A stretch of 32,000 nt of DNA from an uncultured archaeon (GCA_964648855.1 CAZYLT010000001.1:330001-362000); one strand, 5' to 3'. Positions 1 through 9,265 are shown, counted from the stretch's first letter. Numbers and translations are program-made. Notes: generated by a model from the sequence alone, not told the origin.

Positions 1-1
1 G

Positions 2-379
2 TCTCTAGGAGGGCTTGGTAAAAAGATGCGACTTACTTCAATCCTCTATCTCATCACAATTCTTTCTCTAGCTGGCATTGCGCCTCTCAGTGGGTTCTTA
101 ACGAAATGGCTGTTAATGGCCACGGTATACGAGCACCTTTTGGTGAGTGCGGGAATACTCCCCGCCATCGGCGCCCTGTTGTTGCTTTTGGTTTCTTCGC
201 TATTCGCATTCGTGTTCTTCATCCGTTCATTTCACTGGATCTTTCAGGGGGCGGAACGAAAATCATTGAAGAATGTGTCCGAGGTTCCGAAAGAAATGTG
301 GGTTCCTGCAGCCATAACCACCGCAATCATTGTTGCTTTTGGGTTAATGCCTCATCTATTCATGGCTTTTGTCACATAG
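2..379 (+). CDS. C-terminal part of a proton-conducting membrane subunit (MrpD/NuoL-M-N/HyfB/MbhH family); starts before the window
   Basis: Frame is open from base 2: SLGGLGKKMRLT...LSLAGIAPLSGFLTKW, matching the LGGL..KMP and AGxPPxxGFxxKW motifs; ends with hydrophobic helices and E.P..M..P...G..P. Confidence 0.88.
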   Translation, partial: SLGGLGKKMRLTSILYLITILSLAGIAPLSGFLTKWLLMATVYEHLLVSAGILPAIGALLLLLVSSLFAFVFFIRSFHWIFQGAERKSLKNVSEVPKEMWVPAAITTAIIVAFGLMPHLFMAFVT

Positions 380-465
380 CAGGCTATTTTTTAGCCTGAG
401 GGACTTGCGATCTGAGAGAATACAGAATCGAAGCGATGATTGCCCTGCCAATCACAATTTGAGCA

Positions 466-936
466 TCAGATATTCTCGATGCGATGAAACGACCAATCAT
501 ATTTTGAAATAACAAGTCCGACGTCAACCACTAGTCTGTCGATTAGCTTTTGAATTGCATAACCACTCTCACTACTTATCCTAATCAGCTGATAAGTGGT
601 GGTGTAATTAGATTCTTCTTCATCTTCGCCAATCTCCACCGTTGTGTGTGTGCAGGTCACATCACCCAGAATATTGACACGGATATCAGCGTCCACATAG
701 TTTCCTGCCATCTTTTTGTGCTTCGAATACTTCTTGATTTCAGCCCTGACAGTTTTCCCGTCTTTGACTTCTTCAACTGACTTAGTTCCTTGCTTCTGTT
801 CCTTAGCTACTTCCTGTGTGTCATCTTCAACTCTTGTAAACCCATACTTGTCTTCAAGTATGTCGCTCAAGAGAGGATGTTCAGTTGAATGATATACGAG
901 ATTCTCCAATGTGATCGTAACGGTTTCTTTATTCAC
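466..936 (-). CDS. Hypothetical soluble protein, last gene of the hydrogenase block
   Basis: 156-aa ORF with GTG start preceded by GGGGT, 36 bp downstream of the NuoI-like gene on the same strand; no recognised motif. Confidence 0.7.
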   Translation of the reverse strand: MNKETVTITLENLVYHSTEHPLLSDILEDKYGFTRVEDDTQEVAKEQKQGTKSVEEVKDGKTVRAEIKKYSKHKKMAGNYVDADIRVNILGDVTCTHTTVEIGEDEEESNYTTTYQLIRISSESGYAIQKLIDRLVVDVGLVISKYDWSFHRIENI

Positions 937-972
937 TAGTATACCCCATAGATTTCAAGATTTAGATGGATT

Positions 973-1311
973 CTATTCAACATATAGGCTTTCTCGATCA
1001 TGCGTACCGGTCAGATACTCGTTCGATAGTGCGATAGCATCTACGGGACAAACGTCCCTGCACTGTCCGCAAAATAAACAACGACTTAAATTAAACCTTA
1101 CCTTCTTGTCTTCCTTCACGAGAATGGCACCTGCTGGACACATTTTTGTACAGAGCAAGCATCCGATGCATGTATCACGGTCATAGACTATCTTTCCTCG
1201 GAGTCGCGTTGGTTCTGGCTCTCTGTCTTCAGGTTTTGCATCCCACGGAATAGTATATGGCTTCTTGAAGAGTGAATTCATTGCATCACGTAACATCTGA
1301 ACGACTTTCAT
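973..1311 (-). CDS. 2x[4Fe-4S] ferredoxin subunit of a group 4 hydrogenase (NuoI/EchF/MbhN-like)
   Basis: KKPYT..W, RLRGK, CIGCLLCTKMCP and CLFCGQCRDVCP. Confidence 0.93.
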   Translation of the reverse strand: MKVVQMLRDAMNSLFKKPYTIPWDAKPEDREPEPTRLRGKIVYDRDTCIGCLLCTKMCPAGAILVKEDKKVRFNLSRCLFCGQCRDVCPVDAIALSNEYLTGTHDRESLYVE

Positions 1312-1320
1312 TTACATCAC

Positions 1321-2274
1321 CTAGAATCCTGTCATCACAAGAAATGTTGATAGTATTACGAGCAAAAGAGGCAACCCCCAGAAGAAACGGAGTGCTTGAT
1401 ATGGCTTGAAGCGTGCGAAAATTGTACGCGGCAATGTAACTGTGAAGAACATTACAGCAAATGCAAGAACAAGGCGCATTATGATTGATCCATAGATGCC
1501 CCCGAAGGCAAACAACAGGGGATGGTTGAAGAAGAGAATTGTAGCGAGAAGGGTAAGATTGAGTGCTAGCACATCTTTGCTAAGCTTCATCAGCGCAAGA
1601 TGAGACCCTGTATACTCAATAAGCACACCATGAGCTATCTCCGTTTTTGCGTTAGGAATATCATAAGGAGCAACGGATAAGGCGGCGGGTATGCAGAGAA
1701 GAAATGCTGCTGCGGCGAAAACCATGCCAGGAGAAGCTAACACCATAGCGGTGCCCATTGACTCCTGAATCTGAACAATTCCATAGCTTGCCAGAGTGAA
1801 ATCTGCCTTAAACATCGCGAGTACCAATGACATGATGAATGTCAGCTCGTAGGCGAGCATCATTGTTATGCTTCTAGAGAAACCTATCGTGCCATATGGA
1901 TTTCCAGAGGCTGCACCTCCGACAGCATACATCAATGAAGGAATAGTGAGCAAGTAAATGATGAGGATGATGTCGCCCTCGACTGGAACCTGCAGAAACA
2001 CTACGGCCATAGTCATGACGGAACTAATGATAGGACAGATGGCAGCGATTATGGGAACCAAGGTAAAAATGACCGACGCTGAGGTTTCTGGCACCAGCTG
2101 CTCCTTCCCAAACAATTTAATGAAATCATAGAATGGTTGAAGAATAGGAGGGCCGATTCGATTCTGCATCCGTGCATGAAGTTTCCTGTCCATACCTTCG
2201 AATAGGAGCCCAAGAACGACTGATGAGGGAACTAGCATACTCACAGTCAGTAACGGGATGAGTATGTCTATCAT
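1321..2274 (-). CDS. Membrane subunit of the complex I subunit 1 family (NuoH/EchB/MbhM-like)
   Basis: RKLHARMQNRIGPP...QPFYDFIKLFGKE, PYDIPNAKTEI..G..IEYTG, FARFK; start placed at the ATGA overlap with the large-subunit stop. Confidence 0.93.
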   Translation of the reverse strand: MIDILIPLLTVSMLVPSSVVLGLLFEGMDRKLHARMQNRIGPPILQPFYDFIKLFGKEQLVPETSASVIFTLVPIIAAICPIISSVMTMAVVFLQVPVEGDIILIIYLLTIPSLMYAVGGAASGNPYGTIGFSRSITMMLAYELTFIMSLVLAMFKADFTLASYGIVQIQESMGTAMVLASPGMVFAAAAFLLCIPAALSVAPYDIPNAKTEIAHGVLIEYTGSHLALMKLSKDVLALNLTLLATILFFNHPLLFAFGGIYGSIIMRLVLAFAVMFFTVTLPRTIFARFKPYQALRFFWGLPLLLVILSTFLVMTGF

Positions 2275-3422
2275 TCCTGAGTCACCTTCACTACCCGGTC
2301 TGTACAACTCATGCAGGGGTCAATCGAGGATGCAAGTACTGGAATATCAGCCAACTCGCCGCCTTTCATCATGGTTTCCATGCTGATGACGTTCGCTAAG
2401 GTCGGCGACCTTACTTTCAATCGTTCCAACCCCTGCTTACCATCTGTCTTGACATAGTGAATAAGCTCTCCCCTTGGCGCCTCTACTCGAGAGACCGCCT
2501 CACCGGCGGGAATGCTTCGCATGCGCTTCTGGCTGCTTCCTTCGACAACGATTGGTCCGTTCGGCAATTCATCAAGAACTGCCCTGATAATCTTTGCAGA
2601 CTCGAATATCTCAAGATTTCTTACTTGGGTCCTCGCAAGGCTGTCCCCCGCTTCGGCCAGTATCAAATCGAAAGTATCTTCTAGGTCCTCATATGCTGCG
2701 TAGGGGTCATTTTTCCGGACATCAATTGGTACACCCGAAGCTCTTGCTGTTGGACCTACTACACAAAGATCTTTAGCAAGCTGGGTGGTGAGAACGCCGA
2801 CGCCTTCAAGCCTCTTTTTTGCGGTGCGGTCTGCATATACGTCCTGAATGTAGACTGCAGATTTTTCTATTTCAGTCAAATATGACCTAATTTTCTGTGA
2901 AATCGCAGCATCAATGTCATACCGCACTCCACCAATCGTATTCATGCCGTAGTGTATCCTGTTCCCAGTTATTTCCTCAAACAAGTCATTAATCTTCTCC
3001 CTGTGCTTGAAGGAGTACATGAATAAGGTATCAAATCCAATTTCATAAGCCATGACTCCGAGCCACAGAATGTGACTCTGGATGCGTTCCATCTCTGAGA
3101 TAAGCACTCGTAGATACTTAGCACGTGCAGGCACATCAAGGCCGCCTATCTCTTCAATCGCATGAATGTAACAAGTTGAATGACAGTTTGAGCATATTCC
3201 ACATATACGCTCTGTAAGGAATATGTTTTGCATCAAATTCCGTGTCTCAGCCAATGCCTCTATCCCGCGATGAACAAAACCAACTCGTAGATTTACTGCA
3301 TCAATGCGGTCTTTCTTAAGAGAGATATTGAATTGAATTGGCTCTTTGAAAGCCGGATGGACCGGCCCAACAGGAATCCGAGCTTCTCGGGTTTCAATTT
3401 GTTCTTTGCTATTCGTTGTCAT
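2271..3422 (-). CDS. Group 4 [NiFe]-hydrogenase large subunit
   Basis: GPVHP, HRGIE, L1 motif RICGICSNCH, EAPRGE, L2 motif DPCMSCTDR; all four metal-binding Cys present; start uncertain (3422 or 3437). Confidence 0.95.
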   Translation of the reverse strand: MTTNSKEQIETREARIPVGPVHPAFKEPIQFNISLKKDRIDAVNLRVGFVHRGIEALAETRNLMQNIFLTERICGICSNCHSTCYIHAIEEIGGLDVPARAKYLRVLISEMERIQSHILWLGVMAYEIGFDTLFMYSFKHREKINDLFEEITGNRIHYGMNTIGGVRYDIDAAISQKIRSYLTEIEKSAVYIQDVYADRTAKKRLEGVGVLTTQLAKDLCVVGPTARASGVPIDVRKNDPYAAYEDLEDTFDLILAEAGDSLARTQVRNLEIFESAKIIRAVLDELPNGPIVVEGSSQKRMRSIPAGEAVSRVEAPRGELIHYVKTDGKQGLERLKVRSPTLANVISMETMMKGGELADIPVLASSIDPCMSCTDRVVKVTQE

Positions 3423-3849
3423 CCCTATCAGACCCATATTTTTTCTCCAAGGCTTTCAATACGCCATCCATAATTGCTTCTGGCTTAGGCGGACATCCGG
3501 GAACGTATGCATCCACAGGCAAGAATCTATCGACAGGACCCTCTACCATGTCACTTCCGAAGAAAGGACCAGTCGACAATGCGCATGCACCTATGGCAAC
3601 AATGGCTTTTGGTTCGGGTATCTGGTCATACGTCATTATTGCTCGCTTCACCATTTGTCGTGTCATCGGACCTGAAATCAGCAGCACATCAGCATGACGA
3701 GGGGTTCCTACCAATACACAGCCCAGCTGTTCCAAGTCGAATCTAGGTGTCAAGGATGCCACAATTTCAATATCGCATCCATTGCATGACCCTGTATTGA
3801 TATGGAATAGCCATGGAGATTTTAGCCTGCTTTTTCGTGTAATGCTCAT
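3409..3849 (-). CDS. Group 4 [NiFe]-hydrogenase small subunit (NuoB/EchC/MbhJ-like)
   Basis: SPW, SCNGCDIE, PRHADVL, GAC, VPGCPPKPE; start 3849 or 3888. Confidence 0.95.
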   Translation of the reverse strand: MSITRKSRLKSPWLFHINTGSCNGCDIEIVASLTPRFDLEQLGCVLVGTPRHADVLLISGPMTRQMVKRAIMTYDQIPEPKAIVAIGACALSTGPFFGSDMVEGPVDRFLPVDAYVPGCPPKPEAIMDGVLKALEKKYGSDRDDNE

Positions 3850-4107
3850 CGTGTTTTGCCTGCTATTTTGTCTTGGATGGGTGACCATACTCGGAAAGGC
3901 ATAAAACGATTGTCAAATGATACTCCACTTTTTGATATTTGAGTTGATATTTCATCTTTGATTTCAGCTGAATACCTGTAGTACTACAATACTCAACATG
4001 AGTCATTTGGTGATTACATCAGACGAGCAGGCATGCGTGAACGCTGACCCACACATCTCAACCTGTTGCAGAGGGGATTGCAGTGGTTAGAGTACTGATA
4101 ACTGCGT

Positions 4108-5250
4108 TCATATCTTCACCCAGTTCCTATCAAGGGCGATGTAAAGGAATAGCCCAGCTACAAAACCAGTGGCCACATTGAAGGCCACAGAAATGAGAGC
4201 AGTGAAAAGCAAGATAGATACTTCTGTTCCTTTAATGTCTTTCAGTGCGCTCTTGCCAAGTTCAAGAGAGGCCAGTATGAGCATTATTCCTACGATGAAA
4301 AGAGGATAGGAAGTGAATATGGCTAGTAGGCTATCAGAGAAGAGGAGAGCCAAAGTGATTTCTACTACGCCCTCCATCACTAGTGCACCTCCAGTTCTTG
4401 CCCCAAAGAGGTATTGACTTGCGATACCTCCAGCACCATGGCACAGAGGCATCCCTCCAATAAAAGGAGTTGTTACGTTAATCACACCCAAGTTGGCCAT
4501 CAAGCTTCTTGGACCGATATCTTTGCTCTGCGGGAATAGCTCATGAATGAGAGCTACGGTTGCTAAGATCGAGTTGGTAATAGTAAGGAAAAGCTGTGCG
4601 AATCCTGCATAGATGAATCCGTAGAATATGTCAGCTAGTGAGAAGATATGCAGCTGAGGAAGAGAGAGGGACAATGTGATATTAGCAATATCCAGCGACC
4701 CTGTGATTATGGCGTATCCAAATCCAAAAAAGACCAAAAAGAGTGCAGACGGCAGGTACTTGTTGCGAAGCAGCATTAATGCTATCACCATGAGAATCGC
4801 AGACATAAGGAAATTTTGAGCTATCAACTCCGCCCCAACCAGAACCAGTGTGAAAGCAAGGCCAAGCTGAATCCCTCGGACAATGCTCTTTGGCACCCGT
4901 CTAAGGAGAGAATTAAAGCGCCGCGAGAGGGAAAGGACAACACAAATGAAACCCACTGAGAATCCACCACCTAGAACCCTGTACATAGGCCATCTTTGAG
5001 CCAGTGCCACGGTCCCAAGGACTTTTTGGGGTTGAACAGTGAGAGGAAGTCTGTAGATGAGGGCTAAAACTACATTGGTCAATCCAATCCCCAATAGAAG
5101 ACCTGTAGGGCTGAAACCACAGAGGGTTATGTATCCAATAGTGAAAGGAATCAGGGTGCCAAAATCGCCGAGACTGCCTGCAAACTCCCTAATAGAGAAC
5201 TCGAAGCCCTTTATTACAGCCATTGGTTTAGTTATCTCCTTTGAGGGCAA
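4108..5250 (-). CDS. MOT1-family molybdate (possibly tungstate or sulfate) transporter
   Basis: GSLGDFGT, PLTVQPQK, GGMPLCHGAGG..SQYLFGARTG; polytopic membrane protein. Confidence 0.85.
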   Translation of the reverse strand: MPSKEITKPMAVIKGFEFSIREFAGSLGDFGTLIPFTIGYITLCGFSPTGLLLGIGLTNVVLALIYRLPLTVQPQKVLGTVALAQRWPMYRVLGGGFSVGFICVVLSLSRRFNSLLRRVPKSIVRGIQLGLAFTLVLVGAELIAQNFLMSAILMVIALMLLRNKYLPSALFLVFFGFGYAIITGSLDIANITLSLSLPQLHIFSLADIFYGFIYAGFAQLFLTITNSILATVALIHELFPQSKDIGPRSLMANLGVINVTTPFIGGMPLCHGAGGIASQYLFGARTGGALVMEGVVEITLALLFSDSLLAIFTSYPLFIVGIMLILASLELGKSALKDIKGTEVSILLFTALISVAFNVATGFVAGLFLYIALDRNWVKI

Positions 5251-5303
5251 ACCCTTCTATCTTCTAATTTGCCGGTGCAAGTACTGCATTTTGACAAGAA
5301 ATA

Positions 5304-5318
5304 ATTCCGATTCGGAAT
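5304..5318. promoter_or_regulatory. Perfect 7-1-7 inverted repeat abutting a minus-strand TATA-like element; candidate operator of the transporter gene
   Basis: ATTCCGA-T-TCGGAAT; TTATAT on the minus strand at 5317-5322. Confidence 0.4.
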
Positions 5319-5399
5319 ATAAGAATAGTTCGCCCAATACTTGATCAGTTTCAACCACTCATATTGATCTTGAACACTCTATAATGCATGATTTTTCAG

Positions 5400-5421
5400 T
5401 GTCAATGAGTCTTCATTGACA
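5400..5421. promoter_or_regulatory. Perfect 9-4-9 inverted repeat; candidate operator or hairpin
   Basis: TGTCAATGA-GTCT-TCATTGACA in the divergent intergenic region. Confidence 0.45.
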
Positions 5422-5698
5422 TAGCCATTTTTTTGCACTTGAACATAGATTGTATTCAGTATGGTACAAAAATAGGTGAGTACAAAGAATAACAAGGCAA
5501 TGGAGAAGGTAGCACAAAACGCGGTATCGGCTTGCTCAAACCATTGTCAGAGGAAATTCTCTAATCCGTCTTCCAAAGTCAATCCGCCACCATAATGTAA
5601 ATCTACTCATTGGCACAACCATTCCATTAAAAGCACTGCTGTTTTCAGCCTTCATTAAGACGCAAATGAAAACACGCGCTCTAATATGAGTGAACACA

Positions 5699-6349
5699 AT
5701 GGCATCCCACCGATATGACGTTCATATACATACCGAGTACTCAGATGGCGCTGCATCCGTTAGAGAAGTTGTTGAGAAGGCGGTTGCACTTAGGCTAGAA
5801 ACAATAGCTATCACAGACCACTTCTGGCCGTCATTAGGTAGCCAACGGGCAAAGAGGGGACTAATCAAACAGCGGAGAATCGAGATTGAACAGCTGAAAC
5901 TTGAGTATCCAGAACTTACAATCCTTGATGGTGCGGAGGTGGATATCATGCCGTATGGCAAGCTAGCAAATGTTTCAGGCGGCTACGACCAGTTTGACAT
6001 CTTGATAGGGTCGTTTCATTATAGTTGCGATTCATCACTCTGGAGTTCTACGCTGACCAAGGTATTGAGAGATTTCAGCTTTGACACACTGGGGCACTGG
6101 GATGGCTTCCTGACAAACTACCGGCAAGAAGATGGTCGGAGAGCAGCGAAAGCGCTTGCAAAAGCGGAGGTGGCAATAGAATTGAGTGCTAGATATCCTA
6201 TTGTACACACGCAGTTCCTGGAGCTTGCTAGAGATGTCGGTTGCAAGTTTGTCTTGGGAAGTGACGCCCATACAATTAGCGAGATTGGACGTCTAAGTGA
6301 CCAAATCAAGATGGCATCAGCTCTGAATCTTCTCCTCATAGAATATTAG
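5699..6349 (+). CDS. PHP-domain metal-dependent phosphoesterase
   Basis: DVHIHTEYSDG, ITDH, GAEVD, SFH, LGH, GSDAH; start 5690 or 5699. Confidence 0.9.
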   Translation: MASHRYDVHIHTEYSDGAASVREVVEKAVALRLETIAITDHFWPSLGSQRAKRGLIKQRRIEIEQLKLEYPELTILDGAEVDIMPYGKLANVSGGYDQFDILIGSFHYSCDSSLWSSTLTKVLRDFSFDTLGHWDGFLTNYRQEDGRRAAKALAKAEVAIELSARYPIVHTQFLELARDVGCKFVLGSDAHTISEIGRLSDQIKMASALNLLLIEY

Positions 6350-6427
6350 CAGGATAGAGAAGGATATCCAGAACGTTTTTTTCTGCTATCGCTTCTATGT
6401 TTCGTTGATATTTCATGGAGGATTCAC

Positions 6428-6853
6428 GTGATGAATGAAGAGAAGCTGCTATTTCCATCAGAAGATTGGATTACAACATATATGGAAAAACTGAACAAAA
6501 ACGAAGCCTATAAGGACGCAGCGTCCACTTGGGAGGGCGATTTCATTTTTCAAATAGACCCCGACGGCGAGATAGTAGAGGAGCCCATCAGATTCTACTT
6601 AGACCTTTGGCATGGTGACTGTAGAGAAGCAAAGATGGTGGATGAGGATACTGATGCTGAGTTTGTCTATCAAGGACCATACAAGAATTGGAAAAAGCTG
6701 ATCGAGGGAGAAATAGATCCGATAAAGGGCCTCATGTCAAGGAAATTCAAACTTGGAAAAGGAGACATGGGAAAAATCATGCGTGCCACCAAGGCAGCCG
6801 CAGAGCTGGTGGCTACCGCATCGCAAATGCCAACCAAGTATCTCGACGAGTGA
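6428..6853 (+). CDS. Stand-alone SCP2 (sterol carrier protein 2) lipid-binding domain protein
   Basis: FPSEDW...LN.NEAY..AA..WEGD, LWHGDC, W..LI.G.IDP...LM..KFKL.KGDM; GGAGG RBS. Confidence 0.85.
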   Translation: MMNEEKLLFPSEDWITTYMEKLNKNEAYKDAASTWEGDFIFQIDPDGEIVEEPIRFYLDLWHGDCREAKMVDEDTDAEFVYQGPYKNWKKLIEGEIDPIKGLMSRKFKLGKGDMGKIMRATKAAAELVATASQMPTKYLDE

Positions 6854-6886
6854 ACAAACAGATAGAAACGTTCAGGAGCATGAACA

Positions 6887-7972
6887 TTGACCTTTCTTCA
6901 TACCAATATCTGTGGATTGTTGGGTATCAAATATCCCATATTTCAAGGAGGAATGGGGCCGTATAAGACAGAAGACCTGGCGATAGCTGTCAGTAATGCC
7001 GGGGCTTTAGGTCTCATAAGTAGCATCGGAATGGCCGCAAGTTTGCTACCGGAGGCAGCACCTGTTGATGCAAAGAGGATGTTTGGTAATGACCCACCTA
7101 AGGAGCTTCTGAGAAAATCTATAGAACGAGTCACCGAGGAAACTAAGGCAGAAGAGGGAATATTTGGGGTAAATGTACCCGTTGCATCGGAGTTCATTCT
7201 CGCATCAAAGATGTTTGTGGAACAGATAATCGAATCAAGAAAGAACGATTCTGAAGTTGAAAAACGGCTCAAGGTGATAGTCACATCGGCTGGTAACCCT
7301 ACTCCGTGGGCGGAAGTGAAGAAACATGGACTGATTTGGGTTCATGTTGTACCGTCAGTCTATCATGCTAAGAAGGCAGAAAAGGCAGGAGTAGATATAA
7401 TCGTTGCTTCGGGACATGAGGGTGGTGCACATGTTTCGTGGGAACCCGTTCATTCTATGGTCTTAGTACCTGCAGTAGTACGAAATGTTGACGTGCCTGT
7501 TGTTGCAGCTGGGGGCTTTTGCGATGGGGCGTCTCTGGCAGCTGCAGTTTGTTTAGGTGCTGATGGCATTCAAATGGGAACCAGATTCATCGCGACAAAA
7601 GAGAGCGATTTTGAAGACCTTTGGAAACAAGCGATAATTGAGAGAGAGGAGAGGCAGACGTTAACAGGAAGGGGTCTCTTTGGACCGATGAGATTCCTAC
7701 GAAACAAGAGGGCTGAGAAGATCGTAAAGAGAACGTTGAAGGATGTACCTTCCTTTTACCTAGGGGACCCTGTTCAGTCAAATGAGGAAATTCTCGAATT
7801 GGAGAAATCAGGTTTCAACGAGCTCCTAGATGGCAATGAAAACGAGGCCCTCATGTTTGGCGGAGAATGTACTGGTCGAATTGATGACCTGCCGTCAGTC
7901 GAGGAACTCATAGCGAGAATAATGAATGAATCCAAGAGTGTCTTGAGTCGCATATGTGCTAGTCTTGAATAG
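6887..7972 (+). CDS. FMN TIM-barrel protein of the nitronate monooxygenase / FabK enoyl reductase family
   Basis: LLGIKYPIFQGGMG, AVSNAGALG, GHEGGAH, PVVAAGG, GIQMGTRF..TKES; AGGAG RBS before TTG. Confidence 0.9.
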   Translation: MTFLHTNICGLLGIKYPIFQGGMGPYKTEDLAIAVSNAGALGLISSIGMAASLLPEAAPVDAKRMFGNDPPKELLRKSIERVTEETKAEEGIFGVNVPVASEFILASKMFVEQIIESRKNDSEVEKRLKVIVTSAGNPTPWAEVKKHGLIWVHVVPSVYHAKKAEKAGVDIIVASGHEGGAHVSWEPVHSMVLVPAVVRNVDVPVVAAGGFCDGASLAAAVCLGADGIQMGTRFIATKESDFEDLWKQAIIEREERQTLTGRGLFGPMRFLRNKRAEKIVKRTLKDVPSFYLGDPVQSNEEILELEKSGFNELLDGNENEALMFGGECTGRIDDLPSVEELIARIMNESKSVLSRICASLE

Positions 7973-8078
7973 CCTCCTGAATTAGTCAGCAGACATAAGA
8001 GGGAGTTCTCTAATAGGATGGGAAGTAGGCATATTGAAGTCAGTATTTCATATGTCTTCGCTCAGTGGAGTGAGAAAA

Positions 8079-9254
8079 ATGGTCTGGTGGTTCCTAGCCC
8101 CAAAGGTTGTCTTTGGTGAAGATGCTCTTGACGAGCTTGAGCAGATTGATGGTAGTAGAGCGCTAATTGTCACGGACAAGGTCATTGCAAAAATCGGACT
8201 TGCAGAGAAGGTACAGAAGAAGCTCGAGGCAAACGACTGGGAGGTTCTTGTCTGGAATGATGCCGAGCCCGATCCCAAGGTTTCCACAGCAAAATCAGCC
8301 GCGGAGGTGATGCGACGCTTTCGAGCGGATTGGATTTTCGCTATTGGGGGTGGATCTGTGATGGATACCGCAAAAGCCGCGTGGGTTCTTTACGCAAACC
8401 CCGAGATGAATTTAGAGGCCCTCACACCCTTCGACTCTCTGGGAGTTAGAGAGAAGGCAAAATTGGTTTGTATTCCAACAACCGCAGGGACAGGTTCAGA
8501 AACAACAAAAGCGATAGTTGTGCGCGAAGATGAGTCAGGCAGAAAATTTGCAACTATTAATTCGGAACTTGTGGCAGACCTAGCGATACTGGAACCGGAG
8601 TTTGTCAAAGGGCTTCCCCGGGACTTGACAGCCTATACTGGAATGGATGCACTGACTCATGCAATCGAAGCCTATGTGAGCATGTGGAAAAATGACTTCT
8701 CGGATGCCTGTGCTCGGCAAGCTATTCGCATAGTATTTGAATGGCTACCAAAATCAGTAGACGATCTGGAGGATTTGCAGGCAAGAGAAAAGATGCTTGT
8801 TGCTGCAAACCTTGCAGGTTTGGCATTCAGCAATTCACAGGTCTGTCTAGCACATTCTCTCGGACATAGTCTGGGTTCAGTACTTCGTACCCAACACGGT
8901 CTTGCTGTTGGCTTGGCTCTTCCGTACACCGTTGAATACAGCGCTTATGATAACCCTGAAACCGCGACCCATTATTCCGAATTGGCAGGGATGCTGGGAA
9001 TCGCTGGAGATGATGAAGAAGAAACAGCACGACTTCTCGCGGTACACATTCGGAAGCTGCAAAAATCGATTGGATTTCCGACGAGCATAAAGGAAACAGG
9101 TGTCACGAAGGAAGAGTTCGAAAAAGGGCTTGATAAGCTGGTTGAGTTTGCCATGATGGATTCCAGTATCACGATGACACCCAGAAGCATTGGGAGTGAC
9201 CAGATACGGAGAATATACGAGTACATGTTCTATGGCAAGAAAATTGACTTCTAG
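8079..9254 (+). CDS. Iron-containing alcohol dehydrogenase
   Basis: GGGSVMD.AK, PTTAGTGSE, DALTHAIEAY, HSLGH, HG. Confidence 0.93.
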   Translation: MVWWFLAPKVVFGEDALDELEQIDGSRALIVTDKVIAKIGLAEKVQKKLEANDWEVLVWNDAEPDPKVSTAKSAAEVMRRFRADWIFAIGGGSVMDTAKAAWVLYANPEMNLEALTPFDSLGVREKAKLVCIPTTAGTGSETTKAIVVREDESGRKFATINSELVADLAILEPEFVKGLPRDLTAYTGMDALTHAIEAYVSMWKNDFSDACARQAIRIVFEWLPKSVDDLEDLQAREKMLVAANLAGLAFSNSQVCLAHSLGHSLGSVLRTQHGLAVGLALPYTVEYSAYDNPETATHYSELAGMLGIAGDDEEETARLLAVHIRKLQKSIGFPTSIKETGVTKEEFEKGLDKLVEFAMMDSSITMTPRSIGSDQIRRIYEYMFYGKKIDF

Positions 9255-9265
9255 GTGGGCTAGGA

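Noticed and set aside
2295-2321. Selenocysteine at the hydrogenase L2 motif
   Set aside because: The codons are TGC and TGT; no in-frame TGA interrupts any recognised gene
4060-4107. GGGGATTGCAGTGGTTAGAGTAC looks like a tRNA D-arm
   Set aside because: No T-loop (GTTCRA) or acceptor stem follows; the sequence runs into the transporter stop codon
5379-5627. Minus-strand frame with two in-frame TGAs (MEWLCQ*VDLHY...FL*QWFEQ...) as a possible selenoprotein or pseudogene
   Set aside because: No redox motif around the TGAs, no recognisable family and no SECIS seen; consistent with chance
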